Below, in pieces: positions 26,779 through 38,020 of a stretch of 64,000 nucleotides of DNA. The notes under the pieces were generated by a model. It was not told the DNA's origin. It did not search any database and saw only the letters and a program-made list of their open reading frames with translations. Position 1 is the stretch's first letter, and each line of letters opens with the position of its first letter. The translations under genes and the position numbers were made by a program. The stretch comes from Leptogorgia sarmentosa (Eukaryota): assembly GCA_964658305.1 (NCBI GenBank), contig OZ210884.1:1674001-1738000 (forward strand). The letters run 5' to 3'.

Positions 26779-27738
26779 CAAACACTGGGTCAAAGCAAGT
26801 CTTGCGGGCTAAATATTACAAAATGGCGACTGGTATATAGGGGCAAGCTAAAGAGTGGTGATGTGTTTGATCGTTGATTTTATTTAGCATGAATAGCCAG
26901 ATAAAAAGAAAATATAATGGGCGCGGCGACGAGTGTTTTGACAGAAATGGAGGTTAATTTATAAGCGTTTAGAACATTATTTGCTAAGGAAATTTATACG
27001 CAAAAATATATATCATGAGGCAAATTGTACATTGGTATTGCTTTTAAAGATATAATAATATTATTATTAAAGAGGTTTGCTATAGAATTTAGATCATCAA
27101 TTAAAGCAAAAATATCATGACGCATATTATACATTGTATTATCTTGAACACAGCGGATGTTTAAGATTATGAAAGAGGTTCATGTCTTGACAAAATTGCG
27201 CGTATATTTTCACTACGATTCTTTAGCGTGTCGGCACTGACACATTTGCACCTGTTTGGCCTGCCCACGGACAGGCGCAGTGTCATTGTGAATTTGAGAT
27301 CACGGAATATCTAGCTACTATATTTTGACACTTCGTCATACAAAATGGTTGAAACATTCAATCCAAGGAAAACAGATTTTGCATCTTGTAATAAAACGGG
27401 TTTGAGCGTTTATTAAGCCCGAGAGAAAACAAACGAAATCATAATTATATAGTTTCAAGTATTCTGTTTTGAACCTACGCGCACACCGATCATACACTTT
27501 AGCGTCTAGGCAAATGCTGCATGAATAGACAGAATGTAGTGCATATAAATATATTATTACCAGGTTACCTGCAAGGTAGGAATTGCTGCGAGCATTTTTA
27601 ATAGGGCCGAGCATTTATAATAGGGCCAAGTAAGGAATAGTTTCAAAAAGTAAATTAAAGTGAGTTTATTCAATAGTAGCTAACAACATAATAATCTACA
27701 TAAAGTTTATTAGAAGACCAAATTCAATAAAAAAATTC

Positions 27739-27835
27739 GTACGCCATGCAGCTGCGAACCGAACACAGTGGAGAAAGGATGTCCTAGCCTTATGTGCCTC
27801 ATGGCACAAAGAGATTTAAGTTAAGTTAAGTTAAG
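27739..27835 (+). mobile_element. 3' terminal fragment of an RTE-clade non-LTR retrotransposon with a (TTAAG)n tail
   Basis: Translates AAANRTQWRKDVLALCASWHKEI*, matching the RTE ORF C-terminal RxxWRxxVxALC pattern, followed directly by (ttaag)4. Flanked by a ~73-bp direct repeat (27666-27738; second copy split into 27836-27842 and 30124-30191). Confidence 0.75.
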
Positions 27836-27842
27836 TTATTCA

Positions 27843-30123
27843 TACCTGAATACAGTGCGTTTAGAAAATAGCTTCAAATTAACACAAATCGTTAACTTCC
27901 CAACACGTGGAGCAGCAACACTAGATTTAATCCTTACTAATATTAATGAATTTTACGATCCCCCCATCGAACGCCCACAACTTGGTTTGTCTGATCATTT
28001 ATCTATAGAACTTCAACGCAGGAAACGATGTACTAAAGACGGAACTAAGGTCAAAATTAAAACGAGGGATCAACGTCCAAGTAAACGCGCAGCGATGGCG
28101 ACTTACTTACAGCAAGTGGATGTCAATTCTTTAATTGGTACTGTTAATACCTGCCAAGAGAAAGCCTCACTCTCACAAGATATCATTACAACTGGCCTTA
28201 ACACCATCTTGCCCATTCGCTCTCGAACAGTACATTCGACGGAACCACCCTGGATTACATCGACTTTGAAAAAGTTAATACAAAAGAGGCCAATAGCACT
28301 ATCTCGGAATAATACGTGTAATGAGGTAAAAAAGCTTAGTGGGTGTTCACCAACTATCCTGACACATGGCGACTTGTTAAAGTCCCTTCAAAACCAATAT
28401 GGGGCGCTAGATGAGATGAGTATAGCAAATATCGTCAACGAAGCATTCCTTACACCAATGCAAGATCATACTCCTCTTCAATATAACGATGATGCTCCCC
28501 CTTTCAACGAAACCTTGCCAGATCAAACCCTTGTCGTATCCCCCGACTCAGTGTTTATCAAATTGTCAAAGTTAAACCTTACGAAGGCAAATGGTCCTGA
28601 CAATGTACCATCATGGGTGTTAAAAGAGAACGCTGATGTTTTAGCAGAACCAGTTTCAGACATTCTGAATTGTTCATATCGTGAACGGAAGCTCCCATTC
28701 CAATGGAAACAAGCAAATGTGGTCCCTGTGCCCAAAGAGAAACCAGTTAACGACGTCAATAAACATCTACGCCCCATCTCGTTGACCCCTGTTTTATCAA
28801 AGATTGCGGAAGATTATGTAGTTGACAGTTACGTTAAACCAGCTTTTTTAAAGAACGTTGACCCACTGCAATATGGATCAATGCCTAATTCTAACACGAC
28901 ATTTGCACTAATTAACATGGTCCATTCCTGGCTGAAGTCCTCCGATGGAAATGGATCTACCGCCAGAGTAATGCTTTTTGATTTTCGGAAAGCATTTGAC
29001 CTGATCGATCATGTTTTGGCTCGCAAACTGACATCGTATGGTCTTCCTGCATCCATAATGCTCTGGATTTTAGATTTTTTATCCAATCGAAAGCAAAGGA
29101 TAAAGATGGCCAACGATTGTTTTTCCGCGTGGGGTGATTTACGAGCCGGGGTGCCACAAGGAACGAAACTTGGTCCATGGTTATTTTTAATAATGATCAA
29201 TGACGTGAAGATACCTAATTTAGAACTATGGAAATATGTTGATGATTCCACGATGTCTGAAGTAGTAAAGAAAAACGAGATAAGCTCTATGCAGGGATAT
29301 GTTAACCAGTTCGTGACGCAAACAAAATCGGACGGTTTCCAGTTGAACGAATCAAAGTGTAAAGAACTTAGAATAACGTTTTCGAAGGCGGAACCCCTAA
29401 TGGATGCAATTACTATCAACGGCAAAGAGATTGAATTAGTCTCGTCAGCTAAATTGCTAGGCCTTACGGTGAGCGACGACCTCAAGTGGAATGCACATAT
29501 TGACATGGTCTGTAAGAAAGTAGCAACGCGTCTCTACTTTCTCCGGCAGCTCAAACGTGCGAAGTTACCGATACATGACCTGTTGCTTTTTTATAAAACA
29601 TGTATACGTCCCGCAATTGAATATGCGAGTCCTGTATTCCACAATGCCTTACCACAATACTTATCAGATGTCTTGGAAAGACTACAAAAGCGTGCACTGC
29701 GGATACTGTATCCTGAGCTTTCTTACACTTTAGCTCTAGACATGTCTGGAATAGCAACCTTATATGAGAGACGAGAAGAGGCGAGTACACTTCTGTTCCA
29801 AGAAGTTGTAGAGAATAGCGATCACAAACTACACAAACTATTGCCACCTCGAAATAGCAGTAACATCTGTACCAGGCGAAAACGTTTCTTCCAATTACCA
29901 GTAGTCAAAACAAATAGATTAAAAAATAGTTTTATAGTCAATCATGCGTATAATTATCATTAATTATCTTTGAATTAGGTCTTATATAACGTTACACTAT
30001 TATGAACAATTGAAACAGTTTTTAACCATATAATCATATATTGCATGCTAGTTTTGTAAAATTTATCGTATTTCAGCTCTTGGGCTGCAATGATTAGTTT
30101 TTAATAAATATCTATCTATCTAT
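27843..30123 (+). mobile_element. 5'-truncated CR1/L2-group LINE
   Basis: RT ORF followed by a short 3' UTR with the stem-loop cagctcttgggctg, aataaa and a (tatc)n tail. Confidence 0.9.
27855..29963 (+). CDS. LINE ORF2 remnant: end of APE endonuclease plus reverse transcriptase
   Basis: Motifs FPTRGAATLDLIL, GLSDH, LRPISLT, DFRKAFD, GVPQGTKLGP, YVDD, LKWNAHI and IRPAIEYA. The N-terminus is missing, so the element is probably non-autonomous. Confidence 0.9.
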   Translation: MRLENSFKLTQIVNFPTRGAATLDLILTNINEFYDPPIERPQLGLSDHLSIELQRRKRCTKDGTKVKIKTRDQRPSKRAAMATYLQQVDVNSLIGTVNTCQEKASLSQDIITTGLNTILPIRSRTVHSTEPPWITSTLKKLIQKRPIALSRNNTCNEVKKLSGCSPTILTHGDLLKSLQNQYGALDEMSIANIVNEAFLTPMQDHTPLQYNDDAPPFNETLPDQTLVVSPDSVFIKLSKLNLTKANGPDNVPSWVLKENADVLAEPVSDILNCSYRERKLPFQWKQANVVPVPKEKPVNDVNKHLRPISLTPVLSKIAEDYVVDSYVKPAFLKNVDPLQYGSMPNSNTTFALINMVHSWLKSSDGNGSTARVMLFDFRKAFDLIDHVLARKLTSYGLPASIMLWILDFLSNRKQRIKMANDCFSAWGDLRAGVPQGTKLGPWLFLIMINDVKIPNLELWKYVDDSTMSEVVKKNEISSMQGYVNQFVTQTKSDGFQLNESKCKELRITFSKAEPLMDAITINGKEIELVSSAKLLGLTVSDDLKWNAHIDMVCKKVATRLYFLRQLKRAKLPIHDLLLFYKTCIRPAIEYASPVFHNALPQYLSDVLERLQKRALRILYPELSYTLALDMSGIATLYERREEASTLLFQEVVENSDHKLHKLLPPRNSSNICTRRKRFFQLPVVKTNRLKNSFIVNHAYNYH

Positions 30124-30688
30124 CAATAGTAGCTAACAACATAATAATCTACACAAAGTTTATTAGAAGAGCAAATTCAATCAAAAAATTCACAAGAATA
30201 TAGTTTTGGGGTCAAGTATTCATCCATCTTCCAAACCCCTGGTCTTTTCAATATACAAATCAATAGGGACACAAAGTGTACATGTATATCTGCGCCCATG
30301 CTACCAGCGCGGTGATACAAACTTGTCAATGCGCGTCTTGTTGGATTTGTCTCGAATATGTGTTACCTTGCCTGTATAAAATAGCATACCCCTAGCGAAT
30401 AGCGCGACTAATTTTCCGAAAATACTGATTGCTGAAAGGTTGTGCGTTGAATACTTGATATAAGCCTTCATGAATATATCGCATTCCGAATATCAAATTG
30501 CATCGGAATTCAAACTGGCATGGGGGACATTAGCCTGTGTCCCAGTCCACTACACCCCATTGTGAGTGGACTGTGCAATAATCTCAAATTTCCCGTCCGG
30601 CGACTTTACATAAAAGTTGTCAAATTTATGCGACGTCATCAACACGTGAGCGCATTAGTAAATTTATGCTAATAATTATATAATAAAC

Positions 30689-30903
30689 ATGGCGACCGCC
30701 GAAATGCTCATGAATATTAAAGATACAAAGAAGCCTTTGATGTCGTTAAACATGTGTTCCAAGTAGATCAACTTTATGACGACCAGATCAGTTTGATAAA
30801 AGCATTTTTTAATGGCTCGAATATATATTTCAATGCTCCAACAGGCTACGGAAAATCTATCGTATATCAATCTCTTCCATGGGTATGCGATATACTTCAT
30901 GAC
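30689..30903 (+). pseudogene. RecQ-like SF2 helicase N-terminal remnant carried by the transposon
   Basis: MATAEML-(frameshift)-EAFDVVKHVFQVDQLYDDQISLIKAFFNGSNIYFNAPTGYGKSIVYQSLP, containing the Q motif and Walker A. Truncated after motif I. Confidence 0.8.
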
Positions 30904-31503
30904 GTTCGAAACTCTCGAAATGGGTCGAATACATCCAAATCCTCAGCGAATATATATCGCCGACGCTTTCATATACGATCGTTGCACAATGAAATTGTAA
31001 CACATGTTTAACGACATCAAAGGCTTCTTCGTATCTTTCATTCGTGAGCATTTCGGATATATGTATCATATCCATTTTTCAGTATACATAACCACAGATG
31101 CAACCACGCAATTTGTGGGTATTTCCGCTGACCAAATGTAAAAATTTACTCGTTGATCTATAAAAATAACTGAATTGATAGAAAATGCTGACCATCATCA
31201 GGGCAAAAATCACACAAAATAGGGTTAGAAAAATGACGATAAAGCACGTAGATATTCTAAATATTACAATTACGTTAACAACATTGTGTGCACTTATTAG
31301 ATTAGCGCTACAACCAACAAACTCGAGATTTCAAAGAATAAACGTTGTTAAACAGCTTGACAAAAACTGTTCGTACAATGATTATGATACCAAAAATCGG
31401 TGTATCGGCTTTTCATTTCCCGAAAATATAGTAGGATTCACTACGAATCCACGCCATCTGTGACCTACAATATTCGCTTTAAAATGAGTGGTTATTTCAG
31501 TTT

Positions 31504-33905
31504 CACCATGGTTATATATACAGGCCGGGATTAATGTATACTTTGTATCTGCTGATCTGCAACTACAGTATATAGGTATCACTACCCCCAAGACCTAGCT
31601 AGTAGACTCGTATATTAAATTTTATATTTGACGAGTACTTCATCATGGTTATATATACAGGATTTCTGTATACTTTGTATCTGCAAGTACAGTTTAGATA
31701 TCACTACCCCAAGACATATAGTATAGATCGTATATTAAATTTTAAATGTGACGAGTATTTCATCATGGTTATATATACAGGATTTCTGTATACTTTGTAT
31801 CTGCAAGTACAGTTTAGATATCACCCCCCAAAACCTATGGTATAGGTCGTATATTAAATTTTAAATGTGACGATTATTTCATCATGGTTATATATACAGG
31901 ATTTCTGTATACTTTGTATCTGCAAGTACAGTTTAGATATCACCCCCCAAAACCTATGGTATAGGTCGTATATTAAATTTTAAATGTGACGATTATTTCA
32001 TCATGGTTATATATACAGGATTTCTGTATACTTTGTATCTGCAAGTACAGTTTAGATATCACCCCCCAAAACCTATGGTATAGGTCGTATATTAAATTTT
32101 AAATGTGACGAGTATTTCATCATGGTTATATATACAGGATTTCTGTATACTTTGTATTTGCAAGTACAGTTTAGATATCACCCCCCAAAACCTATGGTAT
32201 AGATCGTATATTAAATTTTAAATGTGACGAGTATTTCATCATGGTTATATATACAGGATTTCTGTATACTTTGTATCTGCAAGTACAGTTCAGATATCAC
32301 CCCCCAAAACCTATGGTATAGGTCGTATATTAAATTTTAAATGTGACGAGTATTTCATCATGGTTATATCATTAGAGTTCATCATGGTTATATATACAGG
32401 ATTTCTGTATACTTTGTATCTGCAAGTACAGTTTAGATATCACTACCCCAAGACATATAGTATAGATCGTATATTAAATTTTAAATGTGACGAGTATTTC
32501 ATCATGGTTATCTATATACAGGATTTCTGTATACTTTGTATCTGCAAGTACAGTTTAGATATCACCCCCCAAAACCTATGGTATAGGTCGTATATTAAAT
32601 TTTAAATGTGACGAGTATTTCATCATGGTTATATATACAGGATTTCTGTATACTTTGTATCTGCAAGTACAGTTTAGATATCACTACCCCAAGACATATA
32701 GTATAGATCGTATATTAAATTTTAAATGTGACGAGTATTTCATCATGGTTATATATACAGGATTTCTGTATACTTTGTATCTGCAAGTACAGTTTAGATA
32801 TCACTACCCCAAGACATATAGTATAGATCGTGTATTAAATTTTCAATGTGACGAGTATTTCATCATCGTTATATATACAGGATTTCTGTATACTTTGTGT
32901 CTGCAAGTACAGTTTAGATATCACCCCCCAAAACTATGGTATAGGTCGTATATTAAATTTTAAATGTGACGAGTATTTCATCATGGTTATATATACAGGA
33001 TTTCTGTATACTTTGTATCTGCAAGTACAGTTTAGATATCACTACCCCAAGACATATAGTATAGATCGTATATTAAATTTTAAATGTGACGAGTATTTCA
33101 TCATGGTTATATATACAGGATTTCTGTATACTTTGTATCTGCAAGTACAGTTTAGATATCACCACCCCAAAACCTATGGTAGGTAGTATATTAAATTTTA
33201 AATGTGACGAGTATTTCATCATGGTTATATATCACAGGATTTCTGTATACTTTGTATCTGCAAGTACAGTTTAGATATCACCACCCCAAAACCTATGGTA
33301 TAGGTCGGATATTAAATTTTAAATGTGACGAGTATTTCATCATGGTTATATATACAGGATTTCTGTATACTTTGTATCTGCAAGTACAGTTTAGATATCA
33401 CCCCCCCCCCCCCCCCCCCAAGACATATAGTATAGATCGTATATAATTAAATTTTAAATGTGACGAGTATTTCATCATGGTTATATATACAGGATTTCTG
33501 TATACTTTGTATCTGCAAGTACAGTTTAGATATCACCACCCCAAAACCAATGGTATAGGTCGGATATTAAATTTTAAATGTGACGAGTATTTCATCATGG
33601 TTATATATACAGGATTTCTGTATACTTTGTATCTGCAAGTACAGTTTAGATATCACCACCCGAAAACCTATGGTAGGTAGTATATTAAATTTTAAATGTG
33701 ACGAGTATTTCATCATGGTTATATATACAGGATTTCTGTATACTTTGTATCTGCAAGTACAGTTTAGATATCACTACCCCAAGACATATATATGGTACAG
33801 ATCGTATAGTAAATAATGTGACGAATATTTCATCATGGTTTTATATATATACAGGATTTCTGTATACTTTGTATCTGCAAGTACAGTTTAGATATCACCA
33901 CCCCA
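31504..33905 (+). repeat. Satellite array, 118-120-bp unit, ~20 copies
   Basis: Unit catcatggttatatatacaggatttctgtatactttgtatctgcaagtacagtttagatatcac...cgtatattaaattttaaatgtgacgagtattt, with two main variants in the variable segment. Confidence 0.97.
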
Positions 33906-33909
33906 AAGC

Positions 33910-35170
33910 GATATCTAAACTGCGCTAGCAGATACAAAACATCGGAAATCCTATTATATAATAACCATGATGAAATACTCGTCAACAGTGCATTTTGGTA
34001 GTGATACTAAAGTGTATAATTGCAGATACAAAATATACAGAAATCCTGTATATATAACCATGGTGAAATACTCGTCAAATGTGTAGTTTGGTAGTCATAC
34101 TAAAGTGTATAATATGCAGAATGATACAAAATATACAGAAATCCTGTATATATAACCATGGTGAAATACTCGTCAAATGTGCAGTTTGGTAGTGATACTA
34201 AAGTGTACTTGCAGATACAAAATATACAGAAATCCTGTATATATAACCATGGTGAAATACTCGTCAAATGTGCATTTTGGTAGTTATACTCCTGAATGAC
34301 AGAAATCCTGTAGACCTGTACATATAACCATGTTGAAATACTCGTCAAATGTGTAGTTTGGTAGTGATGCTAAAGTGTATAATATGCAGATACAAAATAT
34401 ACAGAAATCCTGTATATATAACCATGTTGAAATACTCGTCAAATGTGCAGTTTGGTAGTGATACTAAAGTGTATAATATGCAGATACAAAATATACAGAA
34501 ATCCTGTATATATAACCATGTTGAAATACTCGTCAAATGTGCAGTTTGGTGGTGATACTAAAGTGTATAATATGCAGATACAAAATATACAGAAATCCTG
34601 TATATATAACCATGTTGAAATACTCGTCAAATGTGCAGTTTGGTAGTGATACTAAAGTGTATAATATGCAGATACAAAATATACAGAAATCCTGTATATA
34701 TAACCATGTTGAAATACTCGTCAAATGTGCAGTTTGGTAGTGATACTAAAGTGTATAATATGCAGATACAAAATATACAGAAATCCTGTATATATAACCA
34801 TGTTGAAATACTCGTCAAATGTGCAGTTTGGTAGTGATACTAAAGTGTATAATATGCAGATACAAAATATACAGAAATCCTGTATATATAACCATGTTGA
34901 AATACTCGTCAAATGTGCAGTTTGGTAGTGATACTAAAGTGTATAATATGCAGATACAAAATATACAGAAATCCTGTATATATAACCATGTTGAAATACT
35001 CGTCAAATGTGCAGATTGGTAGTGATACTATAAAGTGTACTTGCAGATACCAAATAACAGAAATCCTGTATATATAACCATGGTGAAATACTCGTCAAAT
35101 GTGCAGTTTGTGGTAGTGATACTAAAATGTAATTGCAGATACAAAATATACAGAAATCCTGCATAATATA
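33910..35170 (-). repeat. Satellite array, ~94-bp unit, ~14 copies; inverted relative to, and homologous with, the left array
   Basis: Unit gcagatacaaaatatacagaaatcctgtatatataaccatgttgaaatactcgtcaaatgtgcagtttggtagtgatactaaagtgtataatat shares a ~55-bp core with the reverse complement of the left unit. Confidence 0.97.
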
Positions 35171-35172
35171 TA

Positions 35173-35563
35173 ACATAGTTGTTATTTGTCCGGTCACGGC
35201 CATGTACGAGCTTTGGCTATTGGTCCGTGAATTTTTCTGTTTATAATGAATTTTTTACGGAGAGTTTGTGTCGAGCTTCGTTGGTCTAGTGGTTTAGGTT
35301 TGGATCGCCGTGAAACAATTCCCGGGTTCAAACCCAGAGCGCGATGTTCTACCTTTTTTTTAGCTTTGCCTATTTTGCTCTCTTCCCAACATTTTTGCTG
35401 TTAGGGTCTGATTAGAGTTTGGGTTTGGATTAGGGAAAAAAAGAGAGAAAAGACTTTATTTTTTGTTTAGAGTCGGAATTTAGAATTGCCCGCACATAGC
35501 CCGCATTTTCACGGTAAATTGCCAAAGCTCGTACGTGTCCGTGACCGGCAAATAACAACTGCG
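35173..35563 (+). mobile_element. TIR element inserted at TA in a satellite unit; contains a tRNA-like head and TTAGGG-like repeats
   Basis: TIRs agttgttatttgtccggtcacggccatgtacgagctttggc / gccaaagctcgtacgtgtccgtgaccggcaaataacaact; A box tggtctagtgg (35282), B box ggttcaaaccc (35325), a T-run, then gttagggtctgattagagtttgggtttggattaggg. Confidence 0.75.
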
Positions 35564-36753
35564 TATATATAACCATGGTGTATTACTCGTCAAATGTGAG
35601 TTTGGTGGTGATAGCAAAAGTGTACTTGCAGGTACAACATAAACTGAAATCGATGTTTTGTACCTTCAAGTACAGTTATATCGCTACCAATTTACACTGC
35701 CTAAAGCCTAACGCCATATACATTTTATATTCGACATGGTTATATTATAAATACGACGTAAATCTAAAATCGTTTAGTATTATAAATACGACGTTTATCG
35801 GTTTAAAAATACGACCAAATGCAAAATGTGAAAGAAATATACTAAATAACATAGAAACAATGCTCTGGAATTAAGTTTTACACTGCAGCAGTTAGATGGT
35901 TGCATCCGTGGTTATATATACCATTTTCACGTAGTAAAACATACCACCATTTCGGCGGTCGCCATGTTTATTATATAATTATTAGCAAAATTTACTAATG
36001 CGCTCACGTGTTGATGACGTGCGCATAAATTTAACAACTTTTATGTAAAGTCGCCGGACGGGAAATTTGAGATTTTTGCACAGTCCACTCACAATGGGGT
36101 GTAGTGGACTGGGACACAGGCTAGGGGGACATACGATATGGCAGATTTTAAAGACCTCCTTCAACTCTGTTTACATCTATGTTGTCGTGTCGTGTCTTGC
36201 GATTGCTTTGCGAAATATGCGGCTTTCGTTCCAAGGACCATGTTTGCGTTTGTATAAAACCACTTACATAAAACATATTCTGTCCATGTCTTTAAATTGT
36301 CCATGTCGTTTTAAATTGCAATTGCGCACTTACTGAGATGTAGAATGTGAAAATTGACTGCCTAAACTTTCGTATATTTTATCGGTACAAACATTGTAAC
36401 ATAACACGCTGCCGTTTTGAATATTTTTCGAACTGTAATTGCATATTCGCTGAGATTTATATTGTGCAGTACAACCGCAATACTACGAGATTAACTATAC
36501 AGAATCGCACTATAATCCGTCAGTATTCTTTATGCAAGGCAAATGTTTCAGGTAAAACGGCAAAGCATCTAATGGCAAAACAGTAAAATACCTATATCAC
36601 AGTTCATTGCAGATTCGCATTAATAGAGTTCGCTGGTGGAACTTCCATTGTGGAAGCACAAGCGAGAATTAAAAACAGTGAATTGCGCATCACGTACGGC
36701 GCACAACCACAATGCAATGCGTTGCAAAGTTTGAGATAAATTTCGGTGAGCGT

Positions 36754-37110
36754 TAGATCATATAGAGTTAACGTACCATGACGTCATGATTTTAATATAA
36801 CCGTTTATACAGTATTAGTATTAGCTGTGAACTAATTTTATATAGACTAAGATCCCAACCCAAACCCTAAATACTAACCCTGACCATAAGGGTCGGCAAA
36901 ATATTGAGGAAAAAAAGTTTTAACTTGAAATCGAAAGAAAAGTGTCGCACCGGGGTTTGAACTCTAAAACAGCAACGCAGGCACCGCGTGCCTAACCTTC
37001 TGAGCTAATTTCGAGCTCGCTGAAAACTGTCGTCAAAAAAACATTTTATAGAGAAAACTCCGTAAATAATAAAATTCTGACGTCATGGTACGTTAACTCT
37101 ATATGATCTA
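36754..37110 (-). mobile_element. TIR element with TA ends; contains a tRNA-like head and TTAGGG-like repeats
   Basis: Perfect 33-bp inverted termini tagatcatatagagttaacgtaccatgacgtca. The minus strand carries A box tagctcagaagg, B box gagttcaaacc, T-runs and ggtcagggttagtatttagggtttgggtt. Confidence 0.8.
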
Positions 37111-37606
37111 GTATTAACCATAAATTTCGCCTACTGCACAAATTAGGTTTGCTACTACGCTCGCTCGCTTTAGGCTCGCTCGGCAACAAAATGATGAAGA
37201 CCTCTTTTTGGGCGAGAATCAAATCATATTTGTGGTACATCTTGGCCATCTTTCGACCAGTTTCACACGATTTCAAAACGTTATAATGACTTGTTTTCAA
37301 TCAAAAATCACGCTCTGCTGCTACGCTCGCTCCACTGATTCAGGCTCGCTGTCTTCGCAGCAATAATATGGTTTTGAGAAGGGTAATTTGGTTTTAAGAA
37401 AGCCCAGCGCTGTCTCTGCAAATAAAATGCGATATCATATGTCGTCAAGTTTCAATTCCTTATGCAATTTGATATGATCTTGCGAATTCCGGAATGAGAG
37501 ATAGTCATGAAAGCTTATATCAAGTATTGAATACGTCTCACGTTTTAACCATGCACAACCTCACGTCTTAAAAGGAATTACTTTGCGCTATTCGCCTATT
37601 ACCCAG

Positions 37607-37707
37607 TAGCTTCCTTTGCAGACGTTAATGTGCTCGACAATCTCTCCCAAGTCTCTCCCACTTGGGGGAGTGAGAACGTACACAACTGGCGGCTGCGAGA
37701 GAGACTA
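37607..37707. mobile_element. 101-bp Academ-type MITE
   Basis: TAG...CTA ends; imperfect TIRs tagcttcctttgcagacg / cggctgcgagagagacta; 9-bp TSD attacccag (37598-37606 and 37708-37716). Confidence 0.8.
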
Positions 37708-37910
37708 ATTACCCAGCAGTAAACCATTTTATACGTGCAAGATCGCGTATTGGGGACAGGTATGTCGCGTGTATCGAAAAGTTGAAAGCAAATAAGACTT
37801 GATCATCGCTGGTAACCAAGCAACATCGGCGCAGATACATGACACTTTGTGTACCTATTCTCTCTACTTGACAGCTGAAATAATAGAAACTTGTTCTAAC
37901 CGGTTATAGA

Positions 37911-38020
37911 GGGAATTTCCTTGAGCGGTTTTAGAACGCGGAAGTAAAACAACAGTTTGGGAATTCTGTATCGTATAAAAGTACCAATAATTGAGCAGTT
38001 TTGAAGAGTTTCAGGTATGT
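37911..38020 (+). promoter_or_regulatory. Candidate promoter and short first exon, paralog of 16406-16522
   Basis: GGGAATTTCC at 37911-37920, TATAAAAG at 37974-37981 and cag|GTATGT at 38015. Confidence 0.5.

Larger units (their letters stand above)
30531..36123 (+). mobile_element. Non-autonomous AcademH-type DNA transposon with a foldback structure
   Basis: TAG...CTA termini; ~175-bp near-perfect TIRs (30531-30706 and 35948-36123); 9-bp TSD gggggacat (30522-30530 and 36124-36132); RecQ-like helicase remnant starting inside the left TIR. Confidence 0.85.
30262..37859. mobile_element. Old TIR element with diverged ~300-400-bp inverted arms, hosting nested insertions
   Basis: The left arm (aatagggacacaaagtgt...aatacttgatataagccttcatga...atatcaaattgcat, continuing after 36132) matches the reverse complement of ~37420-37859 (...acactttgtgtacctatt). 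Confidence 0.65.

Noticed and set aside
20023..29847. Antisense and alternative-frame ORFs overlapping the CHAT gene and the LINE
   Set aside because: Shadow ORFs of real coding sequence.
31504..35170. CRISPR-like appearance (constant block plus variable segment) and many short repeated ORFs
   Set aside because: The variable segments are only a few recurring variants, not unique spacers. The context is eukaryotic with no cas genes, and the ORFs are by-products of the satellite period.
35273..35345. Possible tRNA gene (also ~36945-37020, minus strand)
   Set aside because: A and B boxes are present but there is no convincing acceptor or anticodon stem, and both lie inside TIR elements. Treated as tRNA-derived.
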